Source: Hyphochytrium catenoides (taxonomy: Eukaryota; Protista; Hyphochytriomycota). Taken from it: a DNA stretch of 53,210 nt. Below, piece by piece: positions 10,028-22,239 of this stretch (position 1 is the stretch's first letter; every line of letters begins with the position of its first letter). A program made the position numbers and the translations under genes. The notes beneath the pieces were generated by a model, which ran no database searches, was not told the DNA's origin, and was given only the letters and a program-made list of their open reading frames with translations. The DNA lies in the NCBI GenBank assembly GCA_900088475.1, contig FLMG01004328.1:1-53210 (forward strand). The letters are read 5' to 3'.

Positions 10028-11836
10028 ATGCTATCTCGCATTTCGGAGCTCTCTACTCCGCAAGAGGGAGGAAATGGCAGAGGAGGAGTGAGAGGACGAA
10101 GAGGCGTAGGCTCTCTCCTTCCCTCTTCTTCTCTCCAATCTCCTTCCTCCTCGGCTGCCTATGACGTCCTGGGAACCCCAAACTATCCTTTCGATGAAGA
10201 TTTGCTTTATGAAGATCCAGACGCGAATAATAGAGCTTCCAGATGGAGAAAAATCATCCGCAATCCCCGAGTTATCGGGGGTTTGGTCGCTCTTTGCGTG
10301 GTTGGCGCTATTATTGGGATCAGCGTGGCCATGCAGAAATCTGGCTCCTCCGTTGAGGACTCGAAAGAGACAGCGTTAAGCAACGGGGGAGAGACAGGGA
10401 GAAACTCTTTCTCTTCCTTCTGGAAATGTGAATATCCGGAAAACTCTGGCAATTGGAGCTCTGCCAACTGTGATCTGAAGACGACGCCCTGCCAGGCTGA
10501 CAGTCTCAGGCCCGCCAAGTGCTGCAAGCTTCCTTCAGAAGGTGCTAGTTCTGAAGATTGTCTGGAAGATGAGCTTCAGAACTGCGATCTGCAGAGCGCT
10601 CCAAATACATGTGAGAGCGGGCCGCGATGGTACTGCCAAAGAGAAGGAGTGGAAGAAGTGGTGCCGGTCTTTTCTCCTTCTTACTGCCCTTCGTTGAGCT
10701 CATCTTTTTCTTCTCCTACTTCTTGCAATGGCTCGGCCACCACGGAGAACTCTGTCAAGGCGCGTTGCTGCGATACCTCTCGCGCTGGCATTGTCTGTCT
10801 CGCTGGAGAAGAGAAAGGAGAGCTTCCTGATGGCGCTTGCCAAGAAGCAGGCCTCCCAAAGCCGACAATTCCATGTGAAGAGAAGACTGAGGGAGAAGAA
10901 GCAGGAGAGACAGGGAAGAAGAGTAGTAGTGGAGAAGAGGAAGAAGGCACGACAGCTCCTTCCGTCATAGTAGGAGAGACCAACAATTCTTCTCGTTCCT
11001 CTCTCTCTCCTACGACGGAGAACTCTCTCTCTTTTGTGACCACTGCTCCATCTTCTTCTTCTCCTCCTACGCCATCTCCTTCACCGGCTCCTACTCCGCG
11101 TCCTACTCCTTCTCCCACTCCTTCCCCAACACCTTCCCCTACGCCCTCTCCTCCTCCTCCGCCTCCTCCACCAGCCAACCCGCCGCCGCCGCTTCCAGCG
11201 CCCAGTCGGCCATCAAGCCCTGGGACCACGATCTTTAACTTCTGCGGAGGAGATACAGACATTTTCTTTGGCGCCACTTCGGAGCCGGTGCCCGCGGAGT
11301 GCCGCGATGGACGCTATTGCCCTAACTTTAACAATGCAAATCCAGCTTTCTGGGTCGCTCCTCGAGGTCGGGGCGGCAGTAACTTTGGCGCGAGGACGAT
11401 CGTAGAATTCTTCTGGTCGCAGACGCAGGCGCTGCCAAACTGGGACATTAGCCTTGTGAAAGGCTTCAACTTCCCTGCAAAGATAGAGTTCAATCTGCTG
11501 GATGGCTCTCCTGGCTCAGATCATCACGTCTCTGTCTGCACCAATGTGAACTGTCCAGACGCCTTCTGGATCTGTGATGACGCTGTGCAGACGCTGTTTA
11601 ACCCTAACTACACAGGGTTCAAGAGAGAAGGATACTTCACAATCACTTTCTGTCCCAATGGGGGAGAGAGAGACACCATTCCGCCACCGTCGCATGCTCT
11701 CTCTCCTCAGACGAGGTTTGTCCAGGGAGAGGCGCCATTCTATTGCAGTTGTCAGACCGCCGTGACGCCTTTGGATCAGATGGAGCCAAAGCCCAGGACG
11801 AGTCTCTCAGGAAAGGATTGTGGGCCCATTCAGTAA
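10028..11836 (+). CDS. type II membrane protein: cytosolic tail, TM helix, 2x 8-Cys repeat, Ser/Pro-rich stalk, small thaumatin-like (PR-5) domain
   Basis: Intact 602-aa ORF. TM at about aa 82-101 (VIGGLVALCVVGAIIGISVA). Thaumatin-like motifs in 11225-11656: IFNFC, TIVEF, WDISLVKGFNFP (canonical YDISLVDGFNxP), CPDAF..CDD and YFTITFCP. (PSPT)n/poly-Pro stalk. Confidence 0.85.
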   Translation: MLSRISELSTPQEGGNGRGGVRGRRGVGSLLPSSSLQSPSSSAAYDVLGTPNYPFDEDLLYEDPDANNRASRWRKIIRNPRVIGGLVALCVVGAIIGISVAMQKSGSSVEDSKETALSNGGETGRNSFSSFWKCEYPENSGNWSSANCDLKTTPCQADSLRPAKCCKLPSEGASSEDCLEDELQNCDLQSAPNTCESGPRWYCQREGVEEVVPVFSPSYCPSLSSSFSSPTSCNGSATTENSVKARCCDTSRAGIVCLAGEEKGELPDGACQEAGLPKPTIPCEEKTEGEEAGETGKKSSSGEEEEGTTAPSVIVGETNNSSRSSLSPTTENSLSFVTTAPSSSSPPTPSPSPAPTPRPTPSPTPSPTPSPTPSPPPPPPPPANPPPPLPAPSRPSSPGTTIFNFCGGDTDIFFGATSEPVPAECRDGRYCPNFNNANPAFWVAPRGRGGSNFGARTIVEFFWSQTQALPNWDISLVKGFNFPAKIEFNLLDGSPGSDHHVSVCTNVNCPDAFWICDDAVQTLFNPNYTGFKREGYFTITFCPNGGERDTIPPPSHALSPQTRFVQGEAPFYCSCQTAVTPLDQMEPKPRTSLSGKDCGPIQ

Positions 11837-12411
11837 TGAGAGAGAGAGAGAGAGACAGCAGATATAGAGAGGAGAGAGAGAGAAGAAAGGGCGCAGGAGG
11901 TTTTCTAGAGTTGGCGACAAAGAAAGAACGGTCTTCTTTCTCTCAGGGAATGAAAGAGGTTGGATTAGATGCCAGATGGTCATAGTTTGCTATCACCAGT
12001 AAATGAGGATTGCTGCTTTGCTCTGTTGCTTTTCAATAAAATCAAGAGAAGGCGAGAGAGAGAAATGAGTATCTGCCTCCCCAACAGCTATTGTCACTCC
12101 TCCTGTTCTCACCTTTGGGATGTGCATCATTTGTATCATGGGGGCAGAGAAGACACGGAGGAGGAAGAAAAGGGAGACTGTTTCTCCCTCTCTTCTCTGT
12201 TTCTCCTTCCTGTTACTACTTCATACCTACCAGGTATGAAGGCGAGGGTATGCGAAATCAGAAGAGGCCTCTTTCTCTCTCTCTTCTCTCTCCGTTTGGC
12301 CAATCTGCTATAAGGAAAGAGCTAATAGGAACAATGTCGCTCTGGTCATTATACCTTAGTGTCTATATGCTGGAAAAAGAGAAAGAAGAGAGAGAGGAGA
12401 AAGGCTTAGGC

Positions 12412-14118
12412 TTATTTGTCTTGCTTCTTCTTTTTCAGTTTTCTCTTTCTTTTCTTCTTGTGAGAGGAAGGCTTCACCTCCGTGGCCCCTGGTCCTTGTG
12501 TGAGGGCTGTGGAGAGTGCCGGCACCCGCGAGCAATCAACAGAAGACGACAGAGTTGCGGGAAAAGGAGAGAGAGAATCAAAAGGCAGCAATGAACGGGG
12601 AGAGAAAGAAGCCCCGGGAGGAGGAGAAGGGACTGCAGGAAAGGGAAAGAGAGACGGAGAGAGAGCTGCAGTAGGAAAGGCAGCGGACGGGAGGAGAGAA
12701 GCAAGGTAATGCTGCGATGGGGAGGGAAGAGGAGAAAAAAGGAAAGAAGATGGTGGCAGGGCTTCTTCTTCTGGGAGGCTCGGACTCTTCTCTTTCACTT
12801 TGGCGCCTACTATAGGAGCAGTATCTTCCTTTCCCGGCCTTGGGTTCTCTTCTGCTTCCACAGCGGGTGCCGCTCTGCGATTCCGATGGGAGAGAAGAAC
12901 AGGTGCAAAGAAAGAAGGGGAGGAAGAGGAGAGAGAAAGTGCGGAAGAAGAAGAAGAAAGAAGAGAATCTGCTCCTTTCCATGCTGGCTCTCCATGTCCT
13001 CCTACAGAAAATTGCGAGACCGAGACAGGACCAAGAGAGAGAAAGGTAGAGCTTGTTGAAGGAAAAGATGTAGAAGAGGAAGGGTAGCCAGCGGAAGCTA
13101 AGGGGAAAGAGAAAGAAGACGAGGGTGAGAAGGAAGGCGGCGCCAACGGAGTACCAAGGCCGGAAGAGAGGGACAGATTCCCTATTAGTGGCGCTGATTG
13201 AGGAGCAAACGATGAGAGAGCCAGCGACGAAGAGAGAGACTTCCTTTTGGGTTCTCTCTCTCTTTCTTCCTTCACCCGCAGTCCTTGTCTGTCCTCTCTC
13301 GCCTTCGTAGAAGAAGAGAGAAAGGCTTCCAATTTGCCATCCACTTCAAAGGAAAAGTGTGAGGCAACTGTCTCTCCTTCAGTCTCTCTTTTCTTCTTTG
13401 CGTCTCTCTCCTGCGGAGAGTTCAGGATCACCTCCAGAGCGGCCTTCGTGTCTTCATCGAGGAGAGAGCGAGGAGAGAGACGATAGGCATTCTCCATGAA
13501 CTTCTGTCGTTCAAGTCGTTGTTTCTCTTCTCTTTGCTGCTTGCCTGCAAGGCTAAAAGCTTCAATCTCTTCTTTCCCGTCGCCCGCTCGGTCTCTCTCC
13601 TCCACCACCAAACCGTACAGCAAATTGTCTTTGCTCTTCTCTTCTTCCTTTTTTGTCCTCTTGTCCTTTCCCTTTTCCCTTATCTTCTTCTTCGTGGAAG
13701 ACGACGTCACTCTTTCTTGCGTTATCGTCTTCTCTTCTCTCTTTCGCTTCTTGCGTCCTTTCGTGAGAGAGCTCTGGGGAAGGAGAGAGGCGCGGGAAGG
13801 AGGAGAAGGAGGAAGAAGGGCACTTGATGAAGAAGCTTCATCAGAGAGAAACGTGGGAGAGGAGAGAACAGTGGGAGAGAGTGAAGGGGAAGAGAGAGAG
13901 AGTCTGAAGTGTGCATAGCAGAGCTTCTTAGAGAACATCGTCCGACCGCACCCTTCCACTTCACACTGTTGCTTTGCAGCGCCGTGCTGGACACAGACGC
14001 CACCCCGACGCACCTGCAGAAGAAAGAACCAGACCGGGTAGAAATGTAGGTGAGAGACAGAGATAGACATGGAGAGAGAGACTGGAAGAGAGAGGCAGGA
14101 CGCGAGAAAAAAAAAGAG

Positions 14119-14154
<36 letters not shown>

Positions 14155-14352
14155 GAGAGGAGGGAGGGGAAAGGGGGTAGAAAGAAGAGACAAGAAAGAA
14201 GAGGGACCAAGATAGGGGGCTATAAAGAGACTAATATGGATAGAGACACATTTCAACAGGAACAAAGAAGGAAAGCGCTGCTTGCGATGACAAATGGGAG
14301 ACGACAACAGTCCAGACAAGAGACATAACTGTGTGTTCCGGGAGAGAGAGAA

Positions 14353-14383
<31 letters not shown>

Positions 14384-15097
14384 CACGAGAGGCAGTGACG
14401 TATAAAGTAACGAGAAAGAGAGAGAAAAGAAGCACACAAAAAAGAAGCGGTCCATACAGGCAGTTCCTACGACGTTCAGATATGATATGAGCCAGACAAG
14501 CGCCATATCTCCATAATTTTAATGGGGGAGCAAGAGAGATAAAGAGAAAGAGAGAGAGACAGACAGAAGACCTCCGACCTGTGCAGTGCAGCCTGAATGC
14601 GAACATTTCTTATTTCCTTTCCCTCCGTGGCGGACACAGAGCCCAGAGCGGCCTCGTGGCCACTTTGGACAGCCTTCAAAGCGACAGAGGCGGACAGGAC
14701 CGCGTCTCGCTTCTGCTGCCGTCGTGTCTTTCTCTTCCTCTTTCTCTCCTTGACTTTGCTCTCCAAGTGTGCTCTCTTCTCTCTCCTCTTCTTCGTCGAC
14801 TTTATCATCTCCTTTTCTAAGAAGAGCTCTAACTCCTCTTTGCTCTTCTCTATAAATATCTTCTTCGACTTCATCTTCTTCCTCCTGGTAGTTTTTCCTT
14901 CTCTCTTCTCTCTTTCTGTGTCTCTTTCTTTCTCCTTTGTCATATTTCTTCTTCTTCATTTTGGAGGCTTTCCCGACTTCGCTGTGCTGTGCAGCTGGAA
15001 GAAGATGCTGCTCAACGGAGGACGAAGAGGAGAGGGAGAAAGAAGAGAGAGCGGGAGAAGAAGGGAAGTGAAGAGACGAAGAGGACGGTCCTAACAT
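12412..15097 (-). CDS. WRKY19-type zinc-finger (C-x4-C-x9/10-C-x2-H) repeat protein, 2 exons: 15097-14579 and 14013-12412 (~706 aa)
   Basis: A phase-0 GT-AG intron joins KKCSHSGCTAQ to VRRGGVCVQHGA, rebuilding a complete finger between CRFEGCPKWPRGRSGLCVRHGG and CEVEGCGRTMFSKKLCYAH. Basic NLS-like runs are present. The start codon is uncertain and upstream exons are possible. Confidence 0.8.
14014..14578 (-). other. spliceosomal intron (565 bp, phase 0) of the zinc-finger gene
   Basis: Minus strand CAG|GTCGGA donor and ttcttctgcag|GTG acceptor. CT-rich interior. Splicing restores the finger motif. Confidence 0.8.
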
Positions 15098-16803
15098 CTA
15101 TCACTCTCGTTGAGACGAAAGAAAAATAGCTGCTTCTCTACAAAGAGATGAATGCTCTCTTTCCTCATTGCTTCTTTGCGGCCTCGCTAGCAGTGAAGAG
15201 GGAGAAGAGAGAAGAGAAGAGTGAGAAAAAAGATGGAGAAAGAGAGAAAGAGAGAGAGATCAGGGAACAGTGCGCCTCGTTCTAAGGAAGGTCTGCCCTC
15301 ACTGGCATTCTCTTCTATTGGGCCAGCATGTAACTTTGGGTTGTCGACAAGGGTAACAGAGAGAGAGGGATAGCCAGACAAGGAGAGAGGCAGAGAGGAG
15401 GAGAGAGACAGGAGGGAGAGAGGCTAAAGAGGGAGAGAGAGTCCTAGAAGGAGATTTATTTGGCTACGGAAGTGAAGGAGAGAGTACAGAGGAAACTCAT
15501 CGCCTGGCAGCAGAGATTAGATGATCTACGCCATAGAGTCTGACCTTAGAATGAGAGAGATGGAGAAGAGAAAACAGAGAGAGAAGCACGAACTAATAAG
15601 GAGAGGGCATTCCTGTTGTTTCTCTCTTTTCGCTGTGCAAGATTGCTTTTGTCTCTTTCTCTCTCTCTCTCCCTCTCTCCCTGGCCGCCTCTGCGAGCAT
15701 TTGCTGACGTTTTGAAGGAAAGGCAGAGACAAACCAACGGCGGACAGAGGTCGCCTGAGGCCGCTGAGGATATAAGATGGGCCGCCGCCTAGCCAACAAC
15801 GGCGAACTGTTCCCAGGACTCTCTCTCTTTCTGTTGGGCTTGCTTGCCCTGTTTTCCCTGGCTCCAAACCTTAGTAATTCTAATTGCTTGACCCTATTTC
15901 AAAGCAGAAAGAAGAGAGAGAGAGAGAGGAGAGATAAAGGGAAATGGAAAGAGCGCAGAGACAGAGAGAGAGTGAGAGAGAGAAAGAGAAAGAGAGAGAC
16001 AGCCTTTGGAGCAAGGCAGGCAGAGTGGGGAGCAGACCTGAACGGACATGATGTCAAGTCCTTTGCCTACACATCTGCGAGGAAACCCGTCCGGTACTGA
16101 GAGAAAGAGAAAGGGGAGAGAGAGAGAGAGAGAAAGAGAGAGCAAAAGGAGGAAAAAAGAGGGACAGTCACTAATCTCTCAGAGGCCATACAAGAAACAG
16201 GAGAGAAAGCGGATGCCCTGACAAACTCGCACCCCGCCATTTTTATTTGGCTGCCAACAAAGAGTACTTTGTGCACTTTCCTCTCGTTTCCTCTCTCTGC
16301 CTCTTTCTCTCTCTGTCTCTCTCTCTTTCCCCTCTTTTTCCTCTGTTCTTGGTTCTTTCTTTTTCCCTCCAACTCTCTTCTTCAACGGTCCCTTCCTTCC
16401 CATGGCATCATCATTAAGGGAGAGAGTGTCTGTCTCTTCGCTTTCTCTCTCTTCCATTCTCCCTTTGTAGCTGAACTGACGGTGCTCCGGGATACATAGT
16501 TCCGTGTCTCTTCCTTTCTTGTCTTCGTCGACTTCCTTCTTGGCCATCATCTCGTTCTTCTTTCTTTCCTTCCCACATCTGCGAGTGTCTCTCTTCTCTT
16601 TTCTCTTGCACGAGAGGGCAAGACTGATGATGGAAGGGAAGAGACAGGGGGTTGAGAGAGAGAAGAGAACGAGTTAGAAGAGAGAGAGAGAACAAGCAAG
16701 AAGAGAGAGAGACAACATGACATGAGGGGAAGACAACAAATGGTGTACGAGAGATCTACCACCTAAAGAGTGGTAGAGAGAGAGTGAAAGGGAGAGTCGG
16801 GAA

Positions 16804-16811
16804 AAGAGAGA

Positions 16812-16859
<48 letters not shown>
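16804..16859. repeat. (AG)n microsatellite
   Basis: Near-perfect AG run. Confidence 0.95.
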
Positions 16860-16867
<8 letters not shown>

Positions 16868-17256
16868 GTGATGGGCCAGCTGATGAGGGAGAAGGAAGCC
16901 GCAATGATTCGGGGACTTTGGTAGGAAAGGAAACGTGACAGACGGCTTGAGAACTACTATATTCTGAATAAAGTCAAACGGCAGGGGTAACCTTCACCAA
17001 TTTGGTCAGTGAACATTATGAATTAGTCCGTTTATTATGTCGCCCAAGGTCCCGACAGAGGGGACGTTAGCGGGAGAGGGCCAATGGGGGCTATCAAGAG
17101 CGGGTGGGAGCGTGATAGGGAAGCCTCAGCTCGTATCGCTATAGCTTAGCATGGTACAATGTTTTGTGTAAAACAGGATGGGTGGGACTTAGGTCCATCG
17201 ATCATTTAGGAGAATTGTCTGTCCACTGCCTTTTTTCTGTCGACAGTCGACTACCT

Positions 17257-17259
<3 letters not shown>

Positions 17260-17305
<46 letters not shown>
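17260..17305. repeat. (AG)n microsatellite followed by a purine-rich low-complexity tract to ~17480
   Basis: Perfect AG run. Confidence 0.95.
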
Positions 17306-17309
<4 letters not shown>

Positions 17310-17612
17310 AAGAGAGAGTATGACAGAAAGAAAGAGAGAGAATGAGAGAAAGATAGAGAGAAATAGAGGGAGGCAGGGAGGGAGAGAGAAGAGAGAGATA
17401 ACGATAGAGAGAGAGGGTAAGGGAGAGAGAAAGAGGTTGAGAGAAAGAGAGAGAGAGAAGAACGAAGAAATAGAGAAAAAGTGAGAAACGAGAGGCAACT
17501 GGAGCTGGAGCGGACACAAGCCCCAAGGACGATGTCAACCAAGAGAGTCATGATGTTTATGTTAGGAAGGTGGGACATCGGAATGATGGATTGTTCATTC
17601 AACTATAAAACA

Positions 17613-17643
<31 letters not shown>

Positions 17644-20600
17644 AAGAGAGGCGAGTAGTCAAGCTGGTCATCTGCAGGCCGTCATAGAAAGAGAAAGAAG
17701 AGAAAGAGGAAGAACAAGGACTTTGATTGTTAAATTGATGAAGACCTTGGAACCTGTCGCTAGCGCTTGACCAAGGAATCTAAGAAGAAGAGAGACACTT
17801 CAAGAGAGTGGCAACGGTCAACACCGTCTCTGTCTCTTCTTCTCTTCCATTTTCTTCGTTAGACCTTACATACACAGAGGCGTGAGGACCATAAAGAGAG
17901 AAGAAAGTGAGGGAGGAAAACGAGGGGAGAATGGCACTTCTGCGGTATGACAGGCAGACAAAGTGGTGGTGGTGGTGCTGCTAATGACAGAAAGAAGAGA
18001 CCCAAGACCAGGCGATAGATGGCACTGCTGCAGGCATTATCCCTCCTCCTCAGGGTCTGGAGCAGCTTCGGACAGCTTCTTGGCCTCTCTCTCTATTATC
18101 CTTTTCTCTCTCTCCTCATGTCCGTGTTGTTTCAAGAGGCCTTAGGTCCGCCCCTCCTTCCTCTTCTTTCGCTGCTGCTGCAGCTACTGCCGCCAGGATC
18201 AGGCTCTTGAAGACGTAGCTGGACTTTCATGCCCTTGTGCATAAGATAGCGACAGAATATGAGGAGGAATAATGCACATCAATGCATCCTCATCGACAAA
18301 GAGAGATCAAAGATGATAGCTCTGCTGCCCCCAGGCGGGTGGGCTTCTTACCATCTCTCTCTCTCTGTCTCTCTCTCTCTCTCTCCTTTCTCTGCTCTAT
18401 CCTTACTCTTCTCTCCTCTGTGTCATGATTATCCACACCCCGACGACCATCATGCATGCAACCCAAAAGTTTTGGTCCTTGCTCATTCTCCTTTCGAGGC
18501 ACACGCCGGGGAGGAGGAAAACATGACAGGGAGAATAAGGGCGGAGAGAGACAGAGGGGAAGAGGTAGTCTGAACAATGTGAGAGAGAAACGATTAAGCA
18601 AATTTAGATGGGTAGGAGAAAAACGCGAGTGTATGTCTGTGTGTTTGAGAGAGAGAGAGAGAGACAGAGAGAGAGAGAACTAGGAAAACGACGAGTTCCC
18701 AATAATAATGGAGGAAGAAGAGCATGACTAAGGGCAGAGCAGTCCCTTCCAGCAGGCAGCGTGGGTCTGAGCGGATTCTTCATCGTCAGCCCTGATTGTG
18801 GAGAGAATTCTCGCTATGCTGGCGTCATCACCATCTCTGCTGCTGACAACGGCTGAGGAAAAGCAGAAGAGACAGAAGCGGAGAAAGAAAAAGAACAGGA
18901 GGCAAGAGTCAGTTCTTGAAGTGTACCGCCTCGGCCGTCATCCCTCACTCTGTTTCTTCTTCCCACTTGTGTTTCTCCTCCTCATTTCCTCTCGGTTCTT
19001 GTTGACCATCTGACTCTTTCTCTCTCAGTCTGTCTCTCCCTCTTTTACGGCAGGTTGAGATTTCTTCCTCTCATGAAGGCTGCGCAGCGGGCCGTCTAAT
19101 ATTCTCTCTCTGTTAGTGCTGTCGTTCTTTTTTTCATCTTTCCTCTCCTTCCCTTCTCCTTAGACATAGACAATCTTCCAGTACAGAGCTCTTCAGTTCT
19201 TCAGCCTTAGTCACAAGAGGAGCAAGAAGAAGAAGAAAAAGGCAGGGGAAACAGTGGGAAGAGAGACGACAGAGATCGCGAGAGTAACATATCGCATAAT
19301 AATGCTCTAGGACAGGTCTCAACCTACCATTCAACATCAATCTCTGCCTGTCTTCACTTCCTCCTCGTCTGACGATAGATAACGATAGAGAGAACACGAG
19401 GGAGCTATGGGGATAATGAGGGAAATTGTTGGTGGGGAGGGAGAGAAGAACGCACGGAAAGCGTCGCCTCCTATTGAGGAGCGTGAGCTAGCGGTGGGAA
19501 AGGGAAGAGGGTCATCAGCCAGCATTAACCAATGAGGGAGAGCACAGGAAGCCTCTGCTGCTGATGGAGAGGGGAAGCCGTGACGCAGCGCAGGTCATGG
19601 AATCCTGCCCACTGGTGGCGCTTGACCTGATGGATAATAGGGCACACGTCATAGGTCCAGCTCACATCTTAGCTGATGGATAGAACTAGCTCATGCCGCA
19701 GTCTTCTCGAGGGCAAAAAGAGATAGCGCGATATTCGCACTCCAGCTCTGGGCTTGTACCACTCGATACGACTCTTCAAACAAGAATTTCTTCGGCCACC
19801 ATTTGAAGAAGTTGGCTCTGTCTCAATCTATAAGTGCTGCCGTCTCATGTTCAGCCATTGAGAGTTAGCATAAGAGCGAGGGAGAGGAAGAGAATAAGGG
19901 AGCGGCGAGGAGGAAAGGCTTGAGAAGTAGGACTGATGGGAAACTGGGAAGAGCAGAAACAGGAGTATGACGGCGGGAGAAGGAGCGCGATGATGCCAAT
20001 GTATAGTCATTTGCACTGTGCAATACCCTTCCCAAGAGGACGAGGAAGGAGGAGAAGCGGCTCGAACGACACCTGGATTGACGACGCCCCGTGGCGTCCG
20101 CTTGCCAGTGTCTGAAGCAGCTTTAGAGCCACGCCGCGTACTTGGTAGGCAAGGAAGAAGAAGAGCGCAATATCATCATGAATGAAGAGAAGAAAGCGCT
20201 AACAAGAGAAGACAGACACGTCTCCCATCATCACAGCTGCTTCTTCTCCAGCCCGAGCTTCATACATAGTAAACCGCCTCTCTCAGAGCTTTCCCCGCCC
20301 AAGCAACAACTTTGTCATCTGCCCGTTATGCTGCAATTATGCTATTTATCGCTTTGAACTCTCATCCACCACTGCTGCCTTTCCTCTGAGAGCCAGGTAG
20401 ACGGTTTAGTTCTCTGTTTGTCTCTTCTCTGCTGTGTGATATCCTTCCGTCCTCCTTCAATACTTTTTTATAGAATTTGGACTGCTCTCCGACTCCTCTG
20501 ATGCCTCCACCATCTGTCAATGCCTTGATCGTGGTGGCGCCACTTGGTGCTGCCTCTGCGGTTTGCGTCAGAAGAGCGAGCAGGCGCAACAACCTACTGG

Positions 20601-22239
20601 CGTTGTTCTTCTTCTTCTCCATACTGAGATGTGGAATGAGAGAGAGGGCAGTCCAAAATAAACTTCTATCATTTTATTCTGAGCTCCTTTCTATCCATCA
20701 TCCGACCTCCGAGAAGAGAACCTCATTGAGCCCGTAGCACCAGGAAGAGAAGGGAAATGACCAATAAGCCCGACCAACACTTAGGACAGAACAGATTTCA
20801 CGAGAGAAGCAATGAGGCTAGCCGCCCAAACAAAGAAAGAAGGGTAGGATGTTGAACAGAACGTGACAGAGGTCAAATCAACTTACCGGCTGGCGGCAGC
20901 AGCAGCGGGAGAGAGGAAACAGTACTGGAGAGAAAGAAGGTTGGCTGAAGATCAGCTGTGTCTCCCACATGCGCCCGATCAACCTGCAGCGAATGTTATT
21001 TGTGTACATATTGACAGGACAAAAAGGACCACAGGGCAGCCTGCCCCCAGCCGCAGAAGGGCCATCACAGCGAGAAAGCTGATAAGACTGAAAGACAGAA
21101 GCGAAGGCGGAGGCGAAGGGCTCAAAGGATTCCAGCGCTGAATGAAAGAGAAGCCGTGTAGAGTGATGGCCAAGAAGACAAGTTGCGGGAGAAGACAGAA
21201 CCAGCTACATCCCTCGCTCAGGACAAGCAAAAGAAGAAGAAGAAGTGAGAAAGAGGCAGGACCACAAGGAACGAGGCGGCGGCGCACTGTCCGTGCAACA
21301 AGGACAATTTTCTTGAGGATGACGTGGACGATGGAGGAGAAAGGCCGAGGCAAACTGGATCAGAGTAGAGGAGGGGAAGAGAGAAATTGTTTGGGAAGAT
21401 AGAGAGAAACATCGGGGATTTAGAACAAAGAGAGAGAGAGAGAGAGAGTAAAGAGAGGAGAGAAGAGAAGGAGAAGAGAGATAGATGCGGAGACGAGAGC
21501 TAAGTTAGAAACAAAATGAAGTTAGGCAGTAGGTCGAAGAGTAATGAAAGAAGAAAAGAGAAGACCAATCACACTTCCTTTTCACCTTCTTCACGCTCGC
21601 TGCGTCAGCAGCAACCAAGATCCAAGGCACAGTCGAGGAGCAAAGAAGATTCGTACAGTCATATGTGCCAGCAGAGTACTATGTGTCATTATCAGAGAGA
21701 TCAGAGTAAGAGGAGCTAGCGATCGGTATCGCCGCAGCAGCTGGGCTCACTTGATGACTCTGAGGAGGAGAGAGCTTCGGTGCTGTTGTCCATCCATTTG
21801 CCGTCCGTCCTTCTTCCATTGTTCCATGTCCTATCACCTCTATGCAGCTTATTTATTATTATGGAAGAGAAGGCCGGGAAGTGACCAGCGCGGCTTCTGT
21901 CGCTTCTTATGACGGGGAGTGGAGAAGGCAACAAGAAGGAAGAGCACATTATTAGTCTTAGACGGCAGTTGTTCTCAAGAGATGACAGCTGTCGTACACC
22001 TCCCCTATCCCGTCTCCATCAGCGCGGCAGGCGGGCGGGCGGCACCATGCATGCATTCAAGCCTATGTTGCCTCCATCTGTTGTTCTTTAATTGTCCTCC
22101 ACTCTTGCTTCTCGCCTCCTCTCCTTCCTTATCAACCTCTTCATCGACCAGAGACGGAATTCTTTGATGGAGCGCTGTTACCTTATCTTTGTACAGCGAT
22201 AGAGGCACCCATCGACATGGTTAACCTAGCAAGGAATAG

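Noticed and set aside
10681-11277. 198-aa Gly-rich antisense ORF
   Set aside because: Shadow of the Pro/Ser stalk of the thaumatin-like gene.
14014-14439. Hydrophobic N-terminal 142 aa of the 675-aa ORF (12412-14439), suggesting a membrane protein
   Set aside because: It is read-through into a CT-rich intron. Splicing to the 14579-15097 exon restores the zinc finger.
17135-17215. tRNA-like gctatagcttagcatggta
   Set aside because: A-box-like only. There is no T-arm/B box or cloverleaf downstream.
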